From an uncultured bacterium (GTDB lineage Bacteria; Patescibacteriota; Minisyncoccia; UBA6257; GWB1-50-10): a stretch of DNA of 64,000 bases. The notes beneath the pieces are model-generated. The model had not been told where the DNA came from. It saw nothing but the letters and a program-made list of their open reading frames with translations, and ran no database searches. Position 1 is the first letter of the stretch. The number at the start of each line of letters is the position of its first letter. This document shows positions 16,819 through 25,277 of the stretch, one piece after another. Made by a program: the position numbers and the translations under genes. The stretch lies in contig CAVRNT010000001.1 of assembly GCA_963722655.1 (NCBI GenBank), positions 313,808 to 377,807 on the forward strand, given 5' to 3'.

Positions 16819-17325
16819 ATGCAAAAGCTGGACTTTGAGGAGTTGAAAAAGAAGATCGCCCAGATGAAGGAAAAGGGCGAATTGGACCTCTCGCTCGGGG
16901 AGGATTTGAGCTTAGCGGTCGCGAACCTGGTGAGCTTGGAGGAGCATTTCTTCTTCACTTCGGAGAAGACGAAGAAGGATGATTACCTGGACTGGCTCCA
17001 TACCGTCCGCGAGATGCGCAAGGAGCTTTTGAAGCGCCTGATGCCGGAGAACGAGGGCGAAACGTGGTGCATCTCCAAGCACCTACTCGGCACGATGTAC
17101 CGCCTGATGGAGGTCGGGACGAAGTTCGAAGGCGCGGGCTCACGGGAGGATGCGAAGAAGATGTTCGGCTACGCCTACGAGCTCTACACGATCTTCTGGG
17201 CCCTGCGGCTCAAAATATTGGACGCATCGGACCTGAAGAAAAAGGACGACAAGGTCGGCGACAAACCTTGGAGTTTCGAGGATATTGTGGAAAAACTCGT
17301 GGACTGCTGCGACGAAGGACAATAG
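16819..17325 (+). CDS. hypothetical protein (soluble, C-terminal CC motif)
   Basis: 168 aa. Tightly coupled between ccdA and the thioredoxin-like gene. Confidence 0.55.
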   Translation: MQKLDFEELKKKIAQMKEKGELDLSLGEDLSLAVANLVSLEEHFFFTSEKTKKDDYLDWLHTVREMRKELLKRLMPENEGETWCISKHLLGTMYRLMEVGTKFEGAGSREDAKKMFGYAYELYTIFWALRLKILDASDLKKKDDKVGDKPWSFEDIVEKLVDCCDEGQ

Positions 17326-17328
17326 AAC

Positions 17329-17718
17329 ATGAGATCCCACAAAAACAAGATACTTTTGATCGCAATTGCCGTAGCCATCGTGCTGATCATCGGCGCTTTG
17401 TGGTACGCTTCCGCCCCGAAACAGGCGCCGGTCTCGGTGAACGCCTTGGATTCCTTCGCGAAATGCCTTGCGCAAAAAGGCCTAGTGATGTACGGCGCCT
17501 ACTGGTGCCCGCACTGTCAGAACCAGAAAGCGCTCTTCGGCGATTCGTTCCAATACGTGAACTACGTTGAGTGCACGCAGGAGGTTCAAAAATGCACCGC
17601 GGCCGGCATTGAAGGATTCCCAACCTGGATTACCTCCGACGGGCAGAAGCTGGTGGGAGAACAGACCTTGGAAACGCTCTCGCAGGTCAGCGGTTGCGCG
17701 CTGTCGACGACGAACTGA
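17329..17718 (+). CDS. membrane-anchored thioredoxin-like protein (WCPHC active site)
   Basis: N-terminal TM, then YGAYWCPHCQNQK (thioredoxin fold CxxC). Confidence 0.75.
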   Translation: MRSHKNKILLIAIAVAIVLIIGALWYASAPKQAPVSVNALDSFAKCLAQKGLVMYGAYWCPHCQNQKALFGDSFQYVNYVECTQEVQKCTAAGIEGFPTWITSDGQKLVGEQTLETLSQVSGCALSTTN

Positions 17719-17732
17719 CGAACATAAAGTTT

Positions 17733-17772
17733 GGAAGTTGAACTTCCTAAGGAAGTTCAACTTCTTTGTTTT
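17733..17772 (+). terminator. rho-independent terminator (tandem GGAAGTTGAACTTCC palindromes)
   Basis: GGAAGTTGAACTTCC-TAA-GGAAGTTCAACTTC followed by TTTGTTTT. Confidence 0.8.
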
Positions 17773-17791
17773 GGCGCTATAATTAAGAGCA

Positions 17792-19087
17792 ATGGGAGGC
17801 AAGATCAAGAACTTCAAGGAACTGGCGACGACGCCGACGCGGGAAGCGGCCCTCAATATCGCCGAGGCGGGGCTTGCGGCCATCGATACCAAGAAGGCGC
17901 TTGCGGAGAGGGTCAAGTTCTCCGGCGGCGCTTTTTCGATTGACGGCGAGAATTTCGACTTGAGCGGCTTCGAGCGAATCTTCGTCGTCGGCGTCGGAAA
18001 GTGCGCCTTGGAGGCCGGCGCAGCGCTCGAGGAGGTCTTGGGCGAAAAACTCTCCGGCGGCATCGTTTTGGACGTCCACCGGGGGAGTTTGAAGAAGATC
18101 ACAGCGTATGCCGGCACTCACCCCTTCCCGACGCAGGCGAACGTCGATGCGACGAGTGCCATCATCCGGCTTCTTTCCTCCCTCACGGCAAAGGACTTCG
18201 TCGTCTTCGTCGTTTCCGGAGGCGGGTCCACTCTCCTTTGCCAACCCCAGAACATGGTTTGCGTCCAAGAAGGGGAGATATTGAAAGCTCTGTTCCAGAA
18301 AGGCGCGACGATTCAGGAGATAAACACGCTCCGCAAACACCTTTCGCTCGCTCGCGGCGGACATCTTGCCGCTTATGCCTACCCCGCCTCATCGATCGCC
18401 CTCATCTTTTCCGACGTCCCCGGTGACGACATCGGTTTCATCGCTTCTGGCCCGACGGTGAAGGATGGGACGACCGTGGATGAAGTGCGGGCGATCGTTC
18501 AGAAATATGACCTCGAAAAGGCGACTGGGTTAAAGATCGATCCGCTCAAGACGCCGAAAGAGGACAAATATTTCGAAAAGGTGAAGAATATCGTCTTCGT
18601 TTCGAATGAGACCGCCCTCGTCGCAATGACCGCGGAGGCGAAAAGGGCCGGCTTGCGACCGGAGGTCAGGACCAGTTTGCTTACCGGCGAGGCCAAGGAA
18701 GTGGGCGCCCGGATCGCCGGGGAGATAAGCGAGGCCTTGCCGGAAGCGGCGTATCTTTACGGCGGCGAGACGACTGTGACGGTCTTGGGCAAGGGTCGCG
18801 GGGGACGGGATCAGGAGTTGGCCTTGGCGGCGCTCGAAAGATTGGCCGGCGACGCGCTCCTCCTCGCGCTCGCCTCGGACGGCCGCGACAACGGGGAATA
18901 TGCCGGCGCGATCTGTGATACAATGACGAAAGAAAAGGCCGCCACGTTCGGCCTCAAGCCGGAGGGGTTTTTATCCCGAAACGGTTCCTCGGAATTTTTC
19001 GAAAAAGTCGGGGGGCTTTTGATGACGGGAGACACCGGATCGAACGTATCGGACCTCGTGATAGCCATTAAGAACAGCCGAGCATAA
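17792..19087 (+). CDS. glycerate kinase (MOFRL / glycerate 2-kinase family)
   Basis: 431 aa with the MOFRL-like layout (VVGVGKCA..., SGGGS, C-terminal GGETTV...GRGGR). Family assignment is from memory. Confidence 0.65.
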   Translation: MGGKIKNFKELATTPTREAALNIAEAGLAAIDTKKALAERVKFSGGAFSIDGENFDLSGFERIFVVGVGKCALEAGAALEEVLGEKLSGGIVLDVHRGSLKKITAYAGTHPFPTQANVDATSAIIRLLSSLTAKDFVVFVVSGGGSTLLCQPQNMVCVQEGEILKALFQKGATIQEINTLRKHLSLARGGHLAAYAYPASSIALIFSDVPGDDIGFIASGPTVKDGTTVDEVRAIVQKYDLEKATGLKIDPLKTPKEDKYFEKVKNIVFVSNETALVAMTAEAKRAGLRPEVRTSLLTGEAKEVGARIAGEISEALPEAAYLYGGETTVTVLGKGRGGRDQELALAALERLAGDALLLALASDGRDNGEYAGAICDTMTKEKAATFGLKPEGFLSRNGSSEFFEKVGGLLMTGDTGSNVSDLVIAIKNSRA

Positions 19088-21510
19088 TGTCGATAAGATC
19101 AAAAAAATTCGTTCTTTGGTTCAAGGACATCACGATTAAGGACGTGCCCCTCGTCGGCGGCAAGAACGCCTCGACGGGCGAGATGATCAGGTTTTTGGAA
19201 CCGCAGGGCGTGCGGATCCCGAACGGCTTCGTCGTGACGGCCGCCGCCTATTTTTATTTCCTCAAAAAGACCGGCTTGGACAGGTTCATCAAGAAGACGC
19301 TCAAGGGATTGGACGCGAAGAACCTCGGCGAGTTGGCGAAACGCGGCGAAGAGGTGCGGAAGGCCATCCGGGAGGCCAAGATGCCCTACGATCTGAAGCG
19401 CGTCATCGCCGCCTCGTACGCCAAGATGGAGAAGCAGTACGGCCGGAACGCCGACGTGGCCGTCCGTTCCTCGGCGACGGCGGAGGACCTGCCGGGCGCG
19501 AGCTTCGCCGGCGAGCACGAGACCTACCTCCACATTCGGGGAGTCGACGAAATGTTGCGCGCCGTTCAGGCCTCGATGGCCTCGCTCTTCACCGAGCGGG
19601 CGATCTCGTATCGCGCCGACAAAGGTTTCGACCATATGAAAGTGGCCCTTTCGGTCGGCATTCAAAAAATGGTGCGATCGGACCTGGGTTGCTCCGGCGT
19701 GATGTTCACCGTGGACACCGAGTCCGGCTTCCGGGACGTCGTCCTCATCAACGGTTCCTGGGGATTGGGCGAGATGATCGTTCAAGGGGAGGTGACGCCG
19801 GATGAATTTTTGGTTTACAAACCCAATTTGGCTGACGGGAAACTGAGACCGATTATCGACCGGAAGCTGGGGGTGAAGGAACGGAAGATGATCTACTCCG
19901 CGGACCGCGGCATCAAGAACACCAAGATCGTCCCGACGTCCGAACGCGAGCGCGCCTCTTTCGTCTTCTCCGAAAAGGAGGTCTTGGAGCTCGCCCGTTG
20001 GGGAGCGCTTATTGAGAAGCACTATTCGGCCAAGAACAAGAAATGGACGCCGATGGACATGGAGTGGGCCAAGGACGGCCGGACACGCGAGCTTTACATC
20101 GTCCAATCGCGCCCCGAGACGGTCCAAGCGAACCGCGATTTCTCGAAGATCAAGGAGTACGAACGGAAGGGGAACGGCAAACTCGTCACGCAGGGTTTCT
20201 CGGTCGGCTCAAGGATCGCGAGCGGCAAAGCGCGGGTCATTTTGAACGCCAAGGACATCGGCACTTTCAAACCCGGCGAGATCCTCGTGACGGGGATGAC
20301 GAACCCGGATTGGGAGCCGATCATGAAGATCGCCGCGGCGATCGTGACCGACAAAGGCGGGCGCACCTCCCACGCCGCGATCGTTTCCCGCGAGCTGGGC
20401 ATCCCGTGCGTCGTGGGGACGGAGAACGCGACTAGGAAGATCAAGACCGGCGCCGTGCTCACGGTGGACACGACGGGGACGGATGGTCTGGTCTTCGCAG
20501 GTGCTTTGAAGTTCAAGATAGAGGAAAGGGACGTGCGGAAGTTGCCGAAGCCGAAGGTGAAGGTGATGGTGAACATCGCAACGCCGGACTCGGCTTTCGA
20601 AAAGTCATTTTTGCCCGTGAAAGGCGTCGGCCTCGCCCGCGAGGAGTTCATCATCGCCGGCGCGATTGGCGTCCATCCGATGGCCCTCATCAACTTTGAC
20701 AAGCTGAAGGACAAGAAGCTGAAGGGCGAGATCGAGCGGAAGATGATCGGCTGGAAAAGCCCGACGCAGTTCTACGTGGACAAGCTCGCTTACGGCATCG
20801 CGAAGATCGCCGCGGCCTTCCATCCTTACGACGTTATCGTGCGTTTCTCCGATTTCAAAACGAACGAGTATCGGACCCTTTTGGGCGGGGAGCTTTACGA
20901 GCCCAATGAGGAGAACCCGATGATCGGCTGGCGTGGCGCCTCGCGGTATTACAATCCGAAGTTCGCCCCGGCCTTCGTCTTGGAAGTGAAGGCGATGAAA
21001 AAGGTTCGCGATGAGATGGGGCTCAAGAACGTTGTGCCGATGATACCTTTCTGCCGCACCGCGGATGAGGGGAAGAAGGTGGTGGAAATAATGGCGAAGA
21101 ACGGTCTGAAGAGACAAAAAACGACCCCTCGCTCCGCTCGGGGTGACAAAAATCTAAGGATCTTTGTCATGTGCGAGATACCGTCGAACGTAATCCTGGC
21201 CGGCAAGTTCTTGGATGTCTTCGACGGGATGAGCATCGGCTCCAACGACCTGACCCAGCTCACGGTCGGCATCGACCGCGACGGGAACGATATGATCCGT
21301 GGCATCACGAACGAGAACGACGAGGCGGTCAAAACCTTGATCCGGGAGGTCATCAAGGCCTGCAAGAGGAGGAAGAAGTACATCGGCATCTGCGGCCAGG
21401 CGCCGTCGGATTATCCGGATTTCGCCGCCTTTCTCTCCAAAGAGGGGATAGAAAGTATGTCCCTGAACCCCGATACCGTGATCAAAACCATCCTCAAGAT
21501 AGCGCGGTAG
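19087..21510 (+). CDS. ppsA: phosphoenolpyruvate synthase (pyruvate, water dikinase)
   Basis: 807 aa. ATP-grasp N-terminus, central phospho-His domain (GGRTSHAAIVSRELGIPCVVG), and a C-terminal PEP-utilising TIM barrel. Confidence 0.9.
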   Translation: MSIRSKKFVLWFKDITIKDVPLVGGKNASTGEMIRFLEPQGVRIPNGFVVTAAAYFYFLKKTGLDRFIKKTLKGLDAKNLGELAKRGEEVRKAIREAKMPYDLKRVIAASYAKMEKQYGRNADVAVRSSATAEDLPGASFAGEHETYLHIRGVDEMLRAVQASMASLFTERAISYRADKGFDHMKVALSVGIQKMVRSDLGCSGVMFTVDTESGFRDVVLINGSWGLGEMIVQGEVTPDEFLVYKPNLADGKLRPIIDRKLGVKERKMIYSADRGIKNTKIVPTSERERASFVFSEKEVLELARWGALIEKHYSAKNKKWTPMDMEWAKDGRTRELYIVQSRPETVQANRDFSKIKEYERKGNGKLVTQGFSVGSRIASGKARVILNAKDIGTFKPGEILVTGMTNPDWEPIMKIAAAIVTDKGGRTSHAAIVSRELGIPCVVGTENATRKIKTGAVLTVDTTGTDGLVFAGALKFKIEERDVRKLPKPKVKVMVNIATPDSAFEKSFLPVKGVGLAREEFIIAGAIGVHPMALINFDKLKDKKLKGEIERKMIGWKSPTQFYVDKLAYGIAKIAAAFHPYDVIVRFSDFKTNEYRTLLGGELYEPNEENPMIGWRGASRYYNPKFAPAFVLEVKAMKKVRDEMGLKNVVPMIPFCRTADEGKKVVEIMAKNGLKRQKTTPRSARGDKNLRIFVMCEIPSNVILAGKFLDVFDGMSIGSNDLTQLTVGIDRDGNDMIRGITNENDEAVKTLIREVIKACKRRKKYIGICGQAPSDYPDFAAFLSKEGIESMSLNPDTVIKTILKIAR

Positions 21511-21591
21511 GTTTTGGGATGGGCCGATCGACACCGCCTGGCCGGCGGTGCTATTATTTTAAGCGGTAGGAAATTAACATAAGGAGGTGTT

Positions 21592-21903
21592 ATGCGACGA
21601 GCCGATTTCGATATCGATGAACTGATAAAATTGGTTGAAAATCCCGCCGCCGAAAAGAGATGTCTTTTCGTGAGGTCCCTCGGCTTTATTTACAGCGAAG
21701 GGGCGGGCGCCGAGAAAACGAAAGCCCGCCGTAAACTGATCGAATTGCTGGCTGACGGCGATGAAAGCGTGCGCTATCCGGCCTACTGGTCTCTCCGGGA
21801 TGTGGCCAGTGATGCGGACAATGTAGCTGAAGTCGAAGCGGCGCTCAAGGCGTTCGAATCGAGGCCCCAGAACGCTGCGTTCGTGTCGGGTAAGCGTGGA
21901 TGA
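21592..21903 (+). CDS. hypothetical protein
   Basis: A perfect AAGGAGG SD lies 6 nt upstream. 103 aa with no recognised domain. Confidence 0.5.
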   Translation: MRRADFDIDELIKLVENPAAEKRCLFVRSLGFIYSEGAGAEKTKARRKLIELLADGDESVRYPAYWSLRDVASDADNVAEVEAALKAFESRPQNAAFVSGKRG

Positions 21904-21977
21904 TGACTGTATGGAAGAAGTGGGTTCAGGACCGACCGTCGATCAATGCCGATGGCCGGTCCTTATTTTATGTTAAA

Positions 21978-22187
21978 ATGGATTTTATGAAGAGGGATTA
22001 TATACCCTTGATCGTAGTGGTGCTTCTAATCGTTGCAGTGTTCGTTGTGCGGTTCGGGGTCGGTGGCAATGAGGACACGTGGTTGTGCGAAGGCGGCCTT
22101 TGGGTGAAACACGGCCATCCGGCATCGCCGATGCCCTCGACCGCCTGCGGTAGGTCCGTTCCCACGACCCTACAGTTCAGCAAATGA
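21978..22187 (+). CDS. small membrane protein (hypothetical)
   Basis: MDFMKRDYIPLIVVVLLIVAVFVVRF has one TM. A terminator follows directly. The tracked ORF starts earlier at 21900, probably too far upstream. Confidence 0.35.
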   Translation: MDFMKRDYIPLIVVVLLIVAVFVVRFGVGGNEDTWLCEGGLWVKHGHPASPMPSTACGRSVPTTLQFSK

Positions 22188-22195
22188 TTTCAATG

Positions 22196-22222
22196 GCCCT
22201 CGTCTTGAGGGCTTCCCCTTTT
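22196..22222 (+). terminator. rho-independent terminator
   Basis: GCCCTC-GTCTT-GAGGGC followed by TTCCCCTTTT. Confidence 0.65.
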
Positions 22223-22271
22223 CCCCTAAATGGTAAGATAAGAGTGAAAGGTCGGAACATCGATTTTTTCT

Positions 22272-22553
22272 ATGGCAAAGACAGTAATTCGCCGCGACGG
22301 TTCCAAAGAGCCGTTCGATGAGGGGAAGATCCGAAGGGCGATTGAGGCTTCGGCCCGCGAGGCGGGATTGCCGCCGGAGCGGATCACGGCCGTCGTGAAC
22401 CAGGTCAGCAATGTCGTCCTGGCCTTTGCGGCGCCCAAGGAAGAGGTTTCGACGCTCGACATTCGCGCCAAGACCCTTTCGCTCCTGGACGAGGTCGAGC
22501 CGGCGGTCTCCGCGGCTTGGCGGCGGTTCGACAAGGCCCGCGGCCGGGCGTAG
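22272..22553 (+). CDS. stand-alone ATP-cone domain protein (NrdR-like without zinc ribbon)
   Basis: VIRRDGSKEPFDEGKIRRAIEAS is the ATP-cone signature. There is no CxxC N-terminus. Confidence 0.55.
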   Translation: MAKTVIRRDGSKEPFDEGKIRRAIEASAREAGLPPERITAVVNQVSNVVLAFAAPKEEVSTLDIRAKTLSLLDEVEPAVSAAWRRFDKARGRA

Positions 22554-22609
22554 GTCGCGCTCCACTTGGCGCCGCATTCCACGGCGGATTTTTGATGTAT
22601 AATTGAAAT

Positions 22610-23620
22610 ATGAAGATAGGTTTTTTCGAAGTGGAGGGCTGGGAGGAACCGATCGTGCGCCAGGCGCTCGTCGGTCACGAACTTTATTTCAGCAAGGAGA
22701 AGATAGAAGAAGACCATCTCCCGGCGCAGAAGGATTTTGAAATCATCTCCATTTTCGTGGATTCCAGGATCACAGCGAAGGTTTTGGAGGCCTTCCCGAA
22801 TTTGAAGCTGATCACGACCAATTCCACCGGCTTCGAGCACATCGACGTCGCCGCCTGCAAGACGAATGGCGTGCGCGTGACCTACGTGCCCGGCTACGGC
22901 AACAACACCGTCGCCGAATTCGCTTTCGGTCTCATTTTGAACCTGACGCGCCACATCTATCAGGCGATCGACAATTTGAAGGAACGCGATTCCTTCTCGC
23001 TTGAAGGGCTGCGGGGCATCGACATCAAGGGGCGGACGATCGGCGTCATCGGCACGGGCCGCATCGGCAAAGAGGTCGTGAAGATCGCGAAGGGCTTCGG
23101 GATGAATGTCGTGGCCTACGACCCGTATCCGGACACCACCGCCGCGTCCTCGCTCAGCTTCACCTATCTGCCACTCAAAGACCTCTTGCCCCAATCCGAC
23201 GTCGTTACGCTCCATTGCCCTTTGAACGACGGGACGCGCCACATTTTGAACATGGACAACATCGGTCTCATCAAAAAGGGCGCCTATCTCGTGAACACCG
23301 CCCGGGGCGGCCTCGTTGAGACCGGCGCTTTGGTCTGGGCCCTCGAGAACAATATCCTCGCCGGCGCCGGTTTGGACGTTTTGGAGGAAGAGGGCGAAAC
23401 CAAGGACGAGATGAAATTCCTCGGCGAAGCGAACCCCCACGAGGAGGTATTGCGGAATGTCCTCGCGAACCACGTCCTGATGAAGATGCCGAACGTCCTC
23501 ATCACGCCGCACACCGCCTTCAACTCCGAAGAGGCCTTGAAGCGCATCTTGGGCACGACCTTGGAGAACATCGGCGGATTTTTGAGCAATAATTTGAACC
23601 CGAAGAACACTTTGGCATGA
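22610..23620 (+). CDS. D-isomer-specific 2-hydroxyacid dehydrogenase (D-lactate dehydrogenase-like)
   Basis: NAD-binding GVIGTGRIG, catalytic-domain layout, and HTAF near the C-terminus. Confidence 0.85.
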   Translation: MKIGFFEVEGWEEPIVRQALVGHELYFSKEKIEEDHLPAQKDFEIISIFVDSRITAKVLEAFPNLKLITTNSTGFEHIDVAACKTNGVRVTYVPGYGNNTVAEFAFGLILNLTRHIYQAIDNLKERDSFSLEGLRGIDIKGRTIGVIGTGRIGKEVVKIAKGFGMNVVAYDPYPDTTAASSLSFTYLPLKDLLPQSDVVTLHCPLNDGTRHILNMDNIGLIKKGAYLVNTARGGLVETGALVWALENNILAGAGLDVLEEEGETKDEMKFLGEANPHEEVLRNVLANHVLMKMPNVLITPHTAFNSEEALKRILGTTLENIGGFLSNNLNPKNTLA

Positions 23621-24828
23621 GGATAAAGGACGTCGTCGTCCGGGAGATCCTGGACACGCGGGGGGAGAAAACGATCGAGGTGGCCGTCGCTGACGAGGAC
23701 CTGCGCTCTTTTTACGCGCAGATTCCTTCGGGCAAGAGCCGCGGCAAGAACGAAGCGGCGGTCCTCACGCCCGCCGCGGCGGAAGCGGCGGCGGCGAAGA
23801 TAGAACGGGCCGTTCAAGGCCTTGACTTCGATACCATTGAGGCGCTTGACCGAAAGCTCATTGAGCTGGACGGCACGCCGGACAAAAAGAACTTGGGCGG
23901 GAACGTCCTTCTGGGCGTATCCCTGGCTTTCGCCCGCGCCCTGGCCTTCGAAAGGAAGGAGGAGCTTTGGCAGACATTTAACAAAGAGTTCTTCGGCGGT
24001 GAGAAGTTCGCGACTCGGCCGCTCATATTTTCCAATCTCGTGAACGGCGGCAAGCACGCCAAGGACAATCTGCCCATTCAGGAGTATATGGTCATCATCG
24101 CGCCGCGCGGCTCATACGTCAAAGGCGTCGGGAAGCTGATGAAATTCTACGAGGTCTTGGGCGAGATCCTTCGCCGCAAGACCGGTGAGGAAGAACTGCC
24201 TTTGGGCGACGAGGGCGGTTACGCCGTGGATTTCGACGAGGCCTTCGATCCGATCCAAACGATGCAGGATCTCATCGCCGAGCACAGCTTGGGCGGTGAG
24301 TTCAAGTTGGGACTGGACGCCGCGGCGAGCGGTTTTTACGGAAACGGGACTTACGACTTCGGGGGACTGAAACTGGATGCGGGAACATTGCGGAAGACCT
24401 ATGCGGACTGGTTCTCTTGGGCGCCGGACCTTATGTCCATCGAAGACCCGTTCGATGAGGAGAGCGCCGCCGATTTCGCCTCTTTGCGGCAAGACCTCGG
24501 CGGTTTCGCCGAGGAGAAGTGGGTGGTGGGGGACGACCTCACGGTCACGAGCGAGGCGCTCATCAAAAAGTACGCCGCTTCGGGCGCGATAAACGCCGTT
24601 ATCATCAAAGCTAACCAAGTCGGGACCTTGACCGAGACCTGTCGGGCGATGAAAGCGGCGGCGGCGCTCGGCGTGAAGCGCATCGTCTCGCACCGGTCGG
24701 GGGAGACGGAGGACAACTTCCTCATCCATATCGCCAAGGCCGGCGGCGCCGAGGGCGTGAAGATCGGCGCGCCCCACGAAAGCCGCATCGGCAAGTTCAA
24801 CGAACTTCTGCGGCTCTATCCCGACTAG
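23617..24828 (+). CDS. eno: enolase
   Basis: VVREILDTRGEKTIEVAV... over a 403-aa enolase fold. 4-nt overlap with the upstream gene. Confidence 0.93.
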   Translation: MRIKDVVVREILDTRGEKTIEVAVADEDLRSFYAQIPSGKSRGKNEAAVLTPAAAEAAAAKIERAVQGLDFDTIEALDRKLIELDGTPDKKNLGGNVLLGVSLAFARALAFERKEELWQTFNKEFFGGEKFATRPLIFSNLVNGGKHAKDNLPIQEYMVIIAPRGSYVKGVGKLMKFYEVLGEILRRKTGEEELPLGDEGGYAVDFDEAFDPIQTMQDLIAEHSLGGEFKLGLDAAASGFYGNGTYDFGGLKLDAGTLRKTYADWFSWAPDLMSIEDPFDEESAADFASLRQDLGGFAEEKWVVGDDLTVTSEALIKKYAASGAINAVIIKANQVGTLTETCRAMKAAAALGVKRIVSHRSGETEDNFLIHIAKAGGAEGVKIGAPHESRIGKFNELLRLYPD

Positions 24829-24834
24829 ATCGAT

Positions 24835-25269
24835 ATGCCCGATAAGCTCAAAAAACTTGCGGTCTTTTTCGTCGTGTTCGGCGTTCTAGGGATCGCCGAC
24901 GCTGGCTATCTGACGTATCTGCATTACGCTTCGGCCTCGCCTTTCTGTTCCGTTTTCAACCACTGCGACATCGTCCTCGCGAGTTCTTACGCCGTGGTCT
25001 TAGGCATACCGGTCGCCCTCATCGGTCTCGTCTATTACTTTTTGATCGCTGGCTTTTCGGCGGCGGCGCTTTTCAGGAATAACGTTTTATTTTTGAAACT
25101 AGCTGGCACTCTCGCGGCGCTCGGCTTTTTGGCCTCGCTCTGGTTCGTTGCCCTTCAGATCTTAGTCTTGAACTCCTTCTGCCTTTATTGTCTCTTTTCG
25201 GCCGCACTTTCTGCGGCGCTTTTCATTTGCGCCTTGATTCTTGCTAAGCGCCCTCGGCCTACCGTATGA
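24835..25269 (+). CDS. VKOR (vitamin K epoxide reductase) family membrane protein
   Basis: CSVFNHC loop cysteines, CLYC active-site motif, 4-5 TM. Confidence 0.8.
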   Translation: MPDKLKKLAVFFVVFGVLGIADAGYLTYLHYASASPFCSVFNHCDIVLASSYAVVLGIPVALIGLVYYFLIAGFSAAALFRNNVLFLKLAGTLAALGFLASLWFVALQILVLNSFCLYCLFSAALSAALFICALILAKRPRPTV

Positions 25270-25277
25270 TAAGGTAG

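Noticed and set aside
19099-20127. 342-aa minus-strand ORF inside ppsA
   Set aside because: It is antisense to a confidently identified conserved gene and has no motifs.
22226-23512. 428-aa minus-strand ORF opposite the ATP-cone and dehydrogenase genes
   Set aside because: It is antisense to an enzyme gene carrying the conserved GxGxxG motif, and its translation is low-complexity.
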